From NCBI GenBank assembly GCA_000165345.1, contig CM000433.1, positions 608,001-672,000 of the forward strand: a stretch of 64,000 nucleotides of DNA, read 5' to 3'. Below the pieces are notes generated by a model that ran no database searches, was not told where the DNA came from, and saw only the letters and a program-made list of their open reading frames with translations. The position numbers and the translations under genes are program-made. The stretch's first letter is position 1; each line of letters opens with the position of its first letter. This document shows positions 46,091 through 56,418 of the stretch, one piece after another.

Positions 46091-47614
46091 TTAATTTTCA
46101 ATTAATTCACTTCTATCTAAAGTTGGTATGTTGTATAGAACTTTTTTAAACTTTTTAATTTTGTACTGATTATATGAAGTTTTTGGAATACATGATGAAA
46201 TAATAATTGCCCAATTTGATAGCACATTAATTTTGATTTTCCCTTTTTTTGATTGATAAGTATCTGAAGGAGATAAAATATCCCTCCATTGGCCATCCTT
46301 TTCTTTCCAATCAACTTCAAAATCTTCAACAGATTTGGTATCAATATTAATTGCAACAAAAATAAATTCTTCTTTAATACGCCTTTCGAATACCAACAAG
46401 GTTTTGGTATTCAATAATAATGAATAATTTCCTTTAGTTAGAATTTTACCTATAATTGGATGACCTCTAATTTGAGAAATAAATTTAATCAAAACCAAAA
46501 ATCCATCATTTTTATCAGAATTAAGCCACTCAAGATCCTTAATTGTAAGCTTTGGTCTAAGCTGAAAGTCAGCTCGTCGACCTTTTCCTTTAACTCCTTT
46601 AAATCTAAATTCACTTCCATAATAAATTGAAGGAGAACCATTTAACATAAAGAGAATTATATATACAGTTAAAAGATCGTCTTCGATTTCAATTTGACTT
46701 GCAATTCTAGTTACATCATGATTATCAACAAAATTATACATCCATCCACTACTAAATAAATCATTTTGTTGAGAAATCACATTTGCAAGCAATTCAAGGT
46801 TATTAAAACGGTGAGATTTCCATATTGCATCCCATAAAACATAATTAGTTACCCCATCAAATGGTTGATTAGTATATTCATATTTGATACTGGCAGATGG
46901 ATTTGGTCTCACCCAAATTCTTTGGTCGCCATGAATAATTTCTGCTAATAAAGCAAAATTTTCTCCAAATTTAGTTTTACAAAAGTCCCTGAATATTCTC
47001 CAGAATTCAATTGAAATACAGTCAGCTGCATCTAATCTTAAACCATCAATTTCATATTCTTTAAACCAAAACTCTACAGCATCAAATAAGTATTTCTTCA
47101 CCTCATAATTTTCATGATTCAAAGTTACTAATTCATAATAACCTTCCCAAGGGGTGTAAGTAAAATTATCTCCTTTTTGAGATTTTTTTGAAAAATCCAA
47201 GCCTTTAAACCAATCACAATACTTGGAATGTTTACCATTTATCTTAATATCGTTGAATGCAAAGAAGTTTCTACCAACATGATTAAATACTGCATCGATA
47301 ATTACCTTAATTCCATTTGAATGATATATTTTTACAAGATTTTTAAAATCTTCATTACTTCCTAGCCTTTTGTCTATTGACAACAAATCTGTTGTATCAT
47401 ATCCATGCGCTTCCGATTCAAAAACAGGCCCTATATATATTCCTCCAATATTCAAATTTTTTAAATGATCAATCCATGATTTTGATCCTAACTCTTCTAA
47501 TTTGTTAACTCTTACAATTTTGTCTGAATTTATCCTTTCTACACCGCATAATCCTATTGGATATATATGATACCAATTGCAATTCTTATACCATTCATTA
47601 CCATTTATTACCAT
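46091..47614 (-). CDS. Glycoside hydrolase family 13 enzyme (alpha-amylase / neopullulanase-type catalytic domain)
   Basis: GH13 conserved regions are present: region I VIIDAVFNHVGRNF (DxxxNH), region II GLRLDAADCI (GxRxDxA), region III EIIHGD (catalytic Glu) and region IV FVDNHD. Total length 507 aa. The intronless, compact architecture resembles bacterial enzymes. Confidence 0.8.
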   Translation of the reverse strand: MVINGNEWYKNCNWYHIYPIGLCGVERINSDKIVRVNKLEELGSKSWIDHLKNLNIGGIYIGPVFESEAHGYDTTDLLSIDKRLGSNEDFKNLVKIYHSNGIKVIIDAVFNHVGRNFFAFNDIKINGKHSKYCDWFKGLDFSKKSQKGDNFTYTPWEGYYELVTLNHENYEVKKYLFDAVEFWFKEYEIDGLRLDAADCISIEFWRIFRDFCKTKFGENFALLAEIIHGDQRIWVRPNPSASIKYEYTNQPFDGVTNYVLWDAIWKSHRFNNLELLANVISQQNDLFSSGWMYNFVDNHDVTRIASQIEIEDDLLTVYIILFMLNGSPSIYYGSEFRFKGVKGKGRRADFQLRPKLTIKDLEWLNSDKNDGFLVLIKFISQIRGHPIIGKILTKGNYSLLLNTKTLLVFERRIKEEFIFVAINIDTKSVEDFEVDWKEKDGQWRDILSPSDTYQSKKGKIKINVLSNWAIIISSCIPKTSYNQYKIKKFKKVLYNIPTLDRSELIEN

Positions 47615-47803
47615 TATTATTTAATTATATTTCTAAATATGTGTAAATATTTATTTTTATTTCTGTACATATATATACATATTCATCAGAAATGAATATA
47701 AATATTTTTAAAAAAATAATAATAAATAAGTATTAATAATTATTATACTTTAGCTAACAATAATTAATTCATTTCACACGAATTTTTTTATTAATATATT
47801 TTT

Positions 47804-47916
47804 GTCCACATGCAAAATTATTGACATGAAATTTTTTAAAAACTTGCATCTATACCGGTATCAATATTGCATGTGGACGCATTTTTTTTAATTACAAAAT
47901 AATTAAATACCGGTAA
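47804..47916. promoter_or_regulatory. Composite promoter module in the alpha-amylase / SNF2 divergent intergenic: inverted 12-bp repeat gtccacatgcaa ... ttgcatgtggac(gcat) flanking the palindrome ctATACCGGTATc, plus a second aATACCGGTAaa
   Basis: 47804-47815 is the reverse complement of 47866-47877. ATACCGGTAT (47852-47861) is a perfect 10-bp palindrome. A further ataccggtaa lies at 47907-47916. Confidence 0.5.
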
Positions 47917-48145
47917 ATAATCAAAAGATAAAATTTAAAAAAAGTGTAAATTAATTATGAAAGTTTTTAATTAGAAAAAATAATTAAAAGAATATTTCTT
48001 TGTATAATTATTAATTTTTGAACAAATTCCAGGCCAAAACCTAAGTGCCATAATAATAGAAATATTTATAAATAGTAAAGAAAGAAAATTTTGTAAGTTA
48101 TGGAGCTAAATTGAAAAATATAGAAGGCATTAGTTATTTACAAAC

Positions 48146-50752
48146 ATGACTGAAAAAGAAGAAAATCCAATTTTTTTGGAATGCAAAGCTGACCTTCAAG
48201 CAGAAAAGTTTGAAAATTTAAATAAAAGCACCAATCTGGATGAAACCAATTTGGATGATTTAATTAATAAGATAGATAATGTGACTATATCTGAAAAAGT
48301 GAATATTCTGGAAAAAAAAAGAGAGTTTGAGAAGCATGACAGAAGAAGAACTCAGCTAATCGATCAGGATGAAGTGAAAGGAAAACAGGAAGTGATTCAT
48401 ATTGTTGATGATGAATCAGAAACAGTACCACCAGAAAGTTTGCTTATTGACGATTTATTTTTCTCAAACGTTCCAATATCAGATTCTGAGGATAATAATG
48501 TTCATATAAATGAAATTATTGAAGATGATTATGTTGATCCACCTTATGAAGTATATAATGGGTGGCACTGGAATTCAAATAAACTCGAGTATTGTTTAAA
48601 AAGTAATTCAGGAAGAATTCAGAGAAAATTGTATGTTTCACCAAAGATATATGGCAATTTAAGAGATCATCCACATCAATATGATGGTGTTAGATGGATG
48701 TGGAATAGATTCAGAAGAAGTGAAGGGGGAATACTTGCAGATGAAATGGGACTTGGAAAGACTATTCAAGTATGTGTTTTCATTGGGGCATTGTATAGAT
48801 CAGAGATTGCAACCTTTATATTTTTAATTCTCCCTACGAGCTTAATATCACAATGGAAAGAAGAGTTGGATAAATGGTGTCCAAAGATTCCAAAATTCAT
48901 TTATCATGGAAATTTAAATATGCGAGATGAAGCACTAAAAAGCTTATATTTAAGCAAAAGAGGAGGAATTTTGATTACTACTTTTGAGACTTTTAGAAAC
49001 GATGTTCATAAATTGCATGAAATCAATTTGAAGAGTGTACAGTGTCAGTTTGTTAGAAATCATTTGGGGAGTAAAATTACTCCCAAAGATTATTTGAAGG
49101 AAATTTCACAATATAAAGAACCTGATAGAAACTTTAATATTCCATGGGACATTGTAATTATTGACGAGGCTCACAAATTAAAAAATTGTAAAACAAAGCT
49201 TTTTAAAGATATACAAACTTTGAGGAGTTATTGCATAATTTTATGTACTGGCACTCCTTTTCAAAACAGACTAACAGAGCTTTGGTCATTAATACATTGT
49301 GTTAAGCCAAACCTACTTGGGAAAAATATACAAGCATTTAACCATAATTATGCTAAACATATTAATAATTTAAACAATAGAAACATACTTGAAAATGAAA
49401 AGAAGACTTCTGAATTGATTATTAGTAAACTTAAGTATGCTATTAAGCCATACATTTTAAGAAGAACAAAACAAATAATTTCCCAAGTTAATACAAAAGA
49501 AAGTAATCTTAATGCTCAGAATATTAAAAATGAACTTTCTAATATAAAAAAGTATGATATTGTTTTGTGGCACAATCTATCTAGAGATCAATCCCAATCT
49601 TATATGGAAGTCTTAGATAGCCATTCAGTTTCAACAATAATTAATAATTCGGATGCAATTTCTCAAAATAAACAGAAAAATGGAGCAGTATTAGAGCTTA
49701 TTATATACTTACTTAAGGTTTGCAAACATCCTTTGCTTTTACTCAAACCTGAATTCCAATCATGGAGGATTCTACTTAAAAACAAAAGCAACCATGATTT
49801 AAAGCAAGGGGAGGAAGAAGAAGTGGTTAATTCTCAATTTGAAAGCCCTTCAAGTAAAGAAACAACTACTATATCTGCTCACAATACTTTAATGTTTAAC
49901 TCAGCATCTAAATTACCTCAGCTTAATATTGAACTTCTAAGAGATCAAAGCACTAAATTACAAATACTTAACATGATTATCCCTCAGCTCCTCAAGCCTA
50001 ACGAAAATAAGATTTTGGTATTCTCAGAAAGCTTATTAATGCTAGATTTGATAGAGCTTACGATTTTAATTCCAAACAAAATTGATTGGGAAAGACTTGA
50101 AGGAAAGCAATCTCTAGATGAACGAAATTCTAGTATTGATTCTTTCAACAAAAATAACGTAAGTTGTAATGTAAAATGAAAAATTTACTTTTAACAATTT
50201 CAGGAAAAGAGGATCTTACTATTATCTAAACATATTGGATCTACTGGCCTTAACTTAACCAGTGCAAACAAGATAATTCTAGTAGAACCACACTGGAATC
50301 CTACTCAAGATGAACAAGCAATAGGAAGAGCTTATAGAATAGGCCAAAAAAGAGATGTAATCATATATAGGTAAGAATAATTTTATCAAAATAACTTAAT
50401 TGTCTTAAGAAAACTTGACTAATATATATATATAAATCTTTTCTTCAGATTGATAGCGGCTGGAACCATTGAAGATTGGAAGTTTAGACTACAACTACAT
50501 AAAACTGGTCTTGCTAGGATATTTCTAGGAGGGGCTAAACAGGAAATTACTTTCACAAATGAAGAATTAAAGTGTTTATTTTCATATTCTGAAATGGACT
50601 CAAATGATATTCAAGAAGTCATTTTCAAGTTTAATGTGAATGATAAGCACTATGAGATTCTTAAAAATGATATTGAGGATGATTGCATTAAAGAAATGGA
50701 ACCCTATGTAATGGCATATCTAGACTTTGAAAATATTCAAAGATTTGAATAA
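48146..50752 (+). CDS. SNF2-family DNA-dependent ATPase, ERCC6/CSB (Rad26)-like, 3 exons
   Basis: Exons 48146-50158, 50204-50370 and 50449-50752, with GTAAGT/GTAAGA donors and CAG acceptors, give 828 aa. Motif I [37 protein letters not shown] (compare CSB [35 protein letters not shown]), motif II DIVIIDEAHKLKN and motif III LCTGTPFQNRLTELWSL are present. The spliced C-terminus GSTGLNLTSANKIILVEPHWNPTQDEQAIGRAYRIGQKRDVIIYRLIAAGTIEDWKFRLQLHKTGLARIFLGG matches CSB motifs V-VI ([66 protein letters not shown]). Confidence 0.8.
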
Positions 50753-50971
50753 TTGAATAACTAATGGTGCTTCAAAATTCATATCAATTCTTTTGCATGG
50801 AAATTTTTCTTTAAAAATTAATTTATTATTATTCTGGTATTTAATTTGAAGGCAAATTATTTATATTATTAATTTCCCCTGTAAAATATATATATATATA
50901 TTAGACTCTGTTTGGGCGGGCTCTCCATTTAAAGAGGTTCCGTCTTGACATTTTGACAAGAAAATAAGAAA

Positions 50972-53900
50972 ATGGATAGTCCCGAATTTTTGCAATATTT
51001 TTGGGATTTAGGAAGTTTTGAAGAGAAGACATCAGTCTCTTCTATTGAAGGAATTGTAAGATGTCTTGATAATTCGGTTCAGAATTCTATTAATCCTAAA
51101 GTTAAAGATGTAAGTACAAAATCCATAATAATTTTATCAGGTATTAATAATGGCAGAGCTGATCTGGAATATACATTAAGCCGCCTTATTAAAGGTTTGG
51201 AATCTCAGAGAGAATGTGTAAGGAGAGGGTATAGCGCATGCCTATCAATTGTACTGGATAGATATAAGATTCCAGTTTCAGATGTTTTGGAGGGGTTAGA
51301 AAAGCATTATTTAGAGGGAATGAAGAAAGAAGTCAAAGGAAAGGCTTCATCAGGATCAGTTGGAGATGTAAGAGATAGGATTATTGGCCTTCTTCTCGGA
51401 TATTTAGCTATAATTAAGACCGGATTTTTCAAAAAGAACGTATCCAGACCTTATATAGAACAAACTATTGAAAATCTTTGGATGATTTATGGTATAAAGA
51501 TGTATCTACAAGATATGATTTGTGAGATTATATATTTGATTCTTAGAGATTGCTGTGAATATGATCCAAGATTACCAATTAAGTACGTTTCGTCAAAACT
51601 TGGAAATGTTTTTGATAACAGATTTTTGGATAAATCTGAAATGAATGAAGCAAAAAGAAATCAGCTTGCATCTCAAATTCCTGTCTTGTCTTTATTTTTA
51701 AAACTGAGGCTGTTTCTTGAAGGTAGAGATGGAGTTGTTATTAATGGAGTTATTGGTTGTTCCGATATTTCTCAAGCTGGTGATATCTCCGCACGTATTG
51801 GCGATAAATGGGAGGATTGGAATAAGCTATTGTTTAATCCTGGATATACTTTCTATAAGAATAGATGGGAAATTGTTCTTTCTAATATTCAATACTTGTC
51901 GTTATTTAGTCCAAGAATTCCAAGCTTTCTATTCAATTTAATGACTTATATTTTAGAATCACCCTGTTTAAATGAGAAGATATCTGGCAAATTGATTTCT
52001 GATCTAATTCATGAGATTGAAGAAAAGTATTTCTCTGGGGTTTATTCTCCCCAAAAGCACTATTTTGGAGCAAGGATGATCCTCCAAATATTTACTCAAC
52101 TTAAACTTTCAGCATTTTCATTAAAGAAATGTAATTTCTCAGAAAAGTCTTTTATCAGAGCTTTGAAAAACTTTATTTCTGGTCATTCAAAATCTCTCAA
52201 TTGGGCTCTTAAGACTTCTTTGAATGATAAGAATCCTTTATCAGCATTTTCTACATTATTCTTGCAAACATTAGTTGATATTATTACAGGTAGAGGAATA
52301 GAAACTCATTTTGCTCATGGTTCTCAATTTAATCAAATCCAAGATTTTTCAAGGTTTATTTTTGGAACTATAGATGGGTTTTCTACTGAAGCTAATGAGA
52401 GATCAAAACCTGTATATCCTAATCCGAGCATTAACTTAGACGCAAATATCAGGAATTTGATTCCTTTTGTCATCAATGATTTGGTAATTGCATTATTTTG
52501 GGATGAGACTGAAGATATACAAATGTCTAAATTTATGGCTCTTAAAGAGAGCTTGGAGAAGCCTATTTCGATTTCTGGAAAGGAAAGAGTTAGGCTTTTT
52601 TGGATTATTCTCAAGTCTCTTATGTTAAAAACAGGAGCAAAAATGAAACATTTGATTAAAATGTTTTCTGATCTTTTGTCTCAAGAAGAAGGTGAATCCT
52701 TAGACTCTATAATCATTTCACAAGGTATACTTTTAATAGATGAAATTTCAAAGGAATATTCTGATGAAGAAAAACAAAGTAAGTTAGATAAGAAAGATAA
52801 TAATCAAGATGATGTGGATATGGATGACTCAAATTTGGATATAAACAACGAAGAGGAAGATGAGAAAGTCAATATATATTGGAGAAAAATACAATGGGTC
52901 CATAACATAATGTTAGAATTTGTTCAAGTTTCATTTAGTAGCTCTTTAAATAGTGGAGAAGAGAAGAACATTTTACCTCTTGTATTAAAGCTTTCATCTC
53001 AGGTATATCCTTTATTGGATTCTATTATAACTTTTGGAGCTTCTAATGAAAAGTGGATTGAAAATTATCGCCAAATTATTTTCCCTAGACTTGAGAAAAT
53101 TATAGGAAAGTGTACCAATGATTTAGTTCTATCATTGGAAGATGCTCGAAATAATGATGTTATTAATGAAGATTCTGCTCTTATAGAGTCAGTTTCTTCT
53201 TATAGAAATAACATTGCTGAGTTATTTGATAAGGCTAATCAATCTACAAACTTTGAAGATAATAAAAAGCTGTTTAATAAGAATAAGAAGCTTTACAATG
53301 CTATAATAGATGGAAAGACTCCAAAGACTAAGTTTGAAATCTCTTGCATTCTTATTGAGAGCTGTTTGTTAATATATTATATAATGGAAGATTGTAATTC
53401 CAGTTACATTTTAGAATTGATTTCCTCTTTATTAAAGTCAGGTAACAATAAAGGCAAAAGATTGGAAATTATCTTTAACTCAATGATTAAGCTGGATATC
53501 ACTAATGAAGGTAATCAAGTACAAGGTAAAATTGATGATCTAGATACTGATGAAGATAACGACTATCCTAGCTGTCTTGCAGGTCTAAGTCTCCTATTCC
53601 AGCTAAATATCAGAATTTTGGACATTTCTAAAAACTTAAATACAAAACTTCTAGTAGAGTTTTCTCGAAAGATTGCTCAACTTCCTGATTTATTAAATGC
53701 TCACTCAAGTTTAATGGATGGAAATGATGAGAATTATGACGATGAAGATTCTGAAATTGAAGCTGAAATTGATACAGATAATGAAAATGAAAGTACTGTT
53801 GGAGCTGGAGGTAAGAGAGGAGGATCTAAGCACAGCTCATCTCTAGAAAATGATGAAGTTTCTCAGCTTTTGAAACCAAATATCTTCTCTAAAGAATGTA

Positions 53901-55261
53901 ATCTTTCTAATGATGGCTTTAAAGAAAATGAGGATGACAATACTGATGATGAAAATAGTGGTGAGGAAGGTGATAGTAAAGATGAGATTATATCATATAA
54001 TGACAGTAATTCCATGATTTCACATTTACTGAATGATGAAAATACTCCATTACCTCCCAAGTATGAAAGACAGAGAGAACAAAAAGAGCAAGAGAAGTTA
54101 CAAATCCAAAGAATTAACAATGAAATGCAGAATAAGTTAAGGATGTTGGAAACAATATCTTTGATTTCTGAACAATATAAACCAAAAAATATTCAAGATA
54201 GAGAGATTTATACTGGTTTAGTTCGTACAATAATATTGCTATTGGAAGGATTTAGACTGGGATGTAAACACGCTCTATATTATTCTATTAGAAGTACTTT
54301 GACAATTTTTTCAGACTATGTGAATAAATTGGCTTCAACAATAAATAAATTAATGCATTTGGATGTTTTAAAAGAGAAAAATAACACAAATTTGGATGAG
54401 TTAGGGGATTTATTTAAACTTTTAGTCCATATAATTGGTAAACCAATTGTTGAGCCTCAAACAATGAGCCGTTGGAGTAAGAAAAACAATGGAAAGCAAC
54501 TTAGAAAAAAGATGGAAAATTATTCCAAACATTTTGAGACATTTTCAATCAATTTAATTGCTTTAATTATAATGATGGATAGAGAAAATGTATTGATTGG
54601 CCAACTTATAGCACAAGATCTGATAAAGAAATGGATTAGTCAGAAAAGATTTGGCATTGTCACATCTTCATTCTTGACTAAACTAATGCATAGAATTAAG
54701 AATTCTAATAATAATAACTCTTTAAGGTTTTTAACACAAAGTTTCATAAATAATTTTGAAGAAACTGTTAAATATTCGAAAGGTTCATATCAGCTTAGAG
54801 AATATACTACTTTAATTAACCATACTCTAATAGCATGTAGCACCGGCTCAGAAGGTTCTAGTGAAGATAATGATAAATATATTCAAGATATGATTCAAGT
54901 TGTAGTGAAAATGATTGATAGTTGTATTTCCAGTAATACAATAGAAGAAGCTAGTAAAGTTTCTTCAGATTCTGAAAATATCAAATTCACCACTGAAATG
55001 CAAAGATTAGAACTTTTAAAATCTTTAATTTCTCTTTCAAAATCTATTATTATAATAGAAAATAATTCTAATACTATTGATAATAATAATAGCAAAGATA
55101 TTGGTATTTTAGAGAGAAAAATTTCGGAATCTAATAATTATTTGAATTCATTTAACCAGAATTATAGCTCAGGAAAGGTAAAGAGACAAATCAATAAGCT
55201 CAAGAACATCATTAACAGTTCAAATAATAACAAAGGAAGTAAAAGAATGAAAGTTTATTAA
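50972..55261 (+). CDS. Pol5 / MYBBP1A-family (DNA polymerase phi-like) nucleolar protein
   Basis: 1429-aa helical protein. The N-terminal segment ...FWDLGSFEEKTSVSSIEGIV...RLIKGLESQRECVRRGYSACLSIVLDRY matches yeast Pol5 FFKLASDLREERLHAAVALI...RLIKGLSSDRNSARLGFSLCLTEVINL. Acidic clusters (DEDSEIEAEIDTDNENE; ENEDDNTDDENSGEEGD) sit in the C-terminal third, as in Pol5/MYBBP1A. Confidence 0.6.
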   Translation: MDSPEFLQYFWDLGSFEEKTSVSSIEGIVRCLDNSVQNSINPKVKDVSTKSIIILSGINNGRADLEYTLSRLIKGLESQRECVRRGYSACLSIVLDRYKIPVSDVLEGLEKHYLEGMKKEVKGKASSGSVGDVRDRIIGLLLGYLAIIKTGFFKKNVSRPYIEQTIENLWMIYGIKMYLQDMICEIIYLILRDCCEYDPRLPIKYVSSKLGNVFDNRFLDKSEMNEAKRNQLASQIPVLSLFLKLRLFLEGRDGVVINGVIGCSDISQAGDISARIGDKWEDWNKLLFNPGYTFYKNRWEIVLSNIQYLSLFSPRIPSFLFNLMTYILESPCLNEKISGKLISDLIHEIEEKYFSGVYSPQKHYFGARMILQIFTQLKLSAFSLKKCNFSEKSFIRALKNFISGHSKSLNWALKTSLNDKNPLSAFSTLFLQTLVDIITGRGIETHFAHGSQFNQIQDFSRFIFGTIDGFSTEANERSKPVYPNPSINLDANIRNLIPFVINDLVIALFWDETEDIQMSKFMALKESLEKPISISGKERVRLFWIILKSLMLKTGAKMKHLIKMFSDLLSQEEGESLDSIIISQGILLIDEISKEYSDEEKQSKLDKKDNNQDDVDMDDSNLDINNEEEDEKVNIYWRKIQWVHNIMLEFVQVSFSSSLNSGEEKNILPLVLKLSSQVYPLLDSIITFGASNEKWIENYRQIIFPRLEKIIGKCTNDLVLSLEDARNNDVINEDSALIESVSSYRNNIAELFDKANQSTNFEDNKKLFNKNKKLYNAIIDGKTPKTKFEISCILIESCLLIYYIMEDCNSSYILELISSLLKSGNNKGKRLEIIFNSMIKLDITNEGNQVQGKIDDLDTDEDNDYPSCLAGLSLLFQLNIRILDISKNLNTKLLVEFSRKIAQLPDLLNAHSSLMDGNDENYDDEDSEIEAEIDTDNENESTVGAGGKRGGSKHSSSLENDEVSQLLKPNIFSKECNLSNDGFKENEDDNTDDENSGEEGDSKDEIISYNDSNSMISHLLNDENTPLPPKYERQREQKEQEKLQIQRINNEMQNKLRMLETISLISEQYKPKNIQDREIYTGLVRTIILLLEGFRLGCKHALYYSIRSTLTIFSDYVNKLASTINKLMHLDVLKEKNNTNLDELGDLFKLLVHIIGKPIVEPQTMSRWSKKNNGKQLRKKMENYSKHFETFSINLIALIIMMDRENVLIGQLIAQDLIKKWISQKRFGIVTSSFLTKLMHRIKNSNNNNSLRFLTQSFINNFEETVKYSKGSYQLREYTTLINHTLIACSTGSEGSSEDNDKYIQDMIQVVVKMIDSCISSNTIEEASKVSSDSENIKFTTEMQRLELLKSLISLSKSIIIIENNSNTIDNNNSKDIGILERKISESNNYLNSFNQNYSSGKVKRQINKLKNIINSSNNNKGSKRMKVY

Positions 55262-55476
55262 GTATAGGAAAAGCCTTGCATGCAAATGCATACATAACAT
55301 TATATATTTAGAAGATTAGAGAGAGTTGTTCTTAATCTTTTTTTTTTACTGGAGAATCTAAATTTAAATGCTTATTTATTAAAATCTAGAATACATCATT
55401 TAAAATTTGTCTTTTCTTATTATCTTTATATTGTTCATATTTTTATTTGTAATGGATGGGCGTGACATGCGCATGT

Positions 55477-55490
55477 TTTGGCGGGAAATG
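55477..55490. promoter_or_regulatory. E2F-type site ttttggcgggaaat with adjacent catgcgcatg, upstream of the FHA gene
   Basis: Direct reading. Confidence 0.4.
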
Positions 55491-55601
55491 TTCCTCACAA
55501 AAGAAATACATAAAAAGGTAACGAAAAATATAATGACAAAGACTAAGTATTGAATAAATAATTAGAATTGAATAAGTGGCTTATTTTGAGAAATTGGATT
55601 A

Positions 55602-56393
55602 ATGAGAAGGTATAGTTCAGAGGAAGATGATGAGTTTTACTCAGATTCGATAGAGTGTAGTGAGTTTGAAGATTCAATAGAAATGGTAAGAAGCCAGAAT
55701 GTGGGGAATAAAGAATTTGAAGAGGAGGATGGAATAGAAGTGGAGGATGAGGAGGAAAATAATAGTGATAATAATAATGAATACGGGATTTTGAATTCTC
55801 ATAAAAGATTTAGAAAGATTGAATCTTCACAGGAAAGTTATACACAAAATAGTAATTTTAATTACTTGAATAATGAAATTAAGGATATTAATAGTAAGAT
55901 AGAATTAATAAATAGTAACATTGAGAATATAATAACAAATTCAGGAAATTTGTCAAATCCTGTATGTATTTTGGAACAAATACCTACAGATAATAAGAAT
56001 TCAGGAAAGAAAGTTTTAATTCAAGTTGGGAATTCTGGACTCAAGATTGGAAGGAATTCGGACTGTGATTTTCCTGGTAAAATGGTTCCAAATAAGAATT
56101 TACTGAGGCTTTCTAGAAATCATGCTTATTTATATGTTAAAAAGAATAATAAAGGTAAAGATCAGATTTATCTTGTTGATTGTAATTCTGCAAACGGGAC
56201 TTATGTAAATAATATAAGGATAAAGAACAAAATTCTAAAGTCAAATGATATTCTTTCTTTTGGAGAGAAAGATGATGATAACGATAATAGTCAAAGATTT
56301 GAGCAGAAATTGTCATTAAATCAGCAAAGAAGAAAAAATATTTTAACAAGTGAAAACTATTGTAAATTTAAAGTAATATTATGTAATAATTAA
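55602..56393 (+). CDS. FHA-domain protein with an acidic N-terminal region
   Basis: The C-terminal FHA signature reads VLIQVGNSGLKIGRNSDCDFPGKMVPNKNLLRLSRNHAYLYVKKNNKGKDQIYLVDCNSANGTYVNNIRIKNKILKSNDILSFG. This contains GR-x-x-C-D, SR-x-HA and D-x-NS-x-NGT-x-VN, followed by a hydrophobic beta strand. Confidence 0.7.
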   Translation: MRRYSSEEDDEFYSDSIECSEFEDSIEMVRSQNVGNKEFEEEDGIEVEDEEENNSDNNNEYGILNSHKRFRKIESSQESYTQNSNFNYLNNEIKDINSKIELINSNIENIITNSGNLSNPVCILEQIPTDNKNSGKKVLIQVGNSGLKIGRNSDCDFPGKMVPNKNLLRLSRNHAYLYVKKNNKGKDQIYLVDCNSANGTYVNNIRIKNKILKSNDILSFGEKDDDNDNSQRFEQKLSLNQQRRKNILTSENYCKFKVILCNN

Positions 56394-56418
56394 ATTAAGA
56401 AATATTTCTATTAATCAT

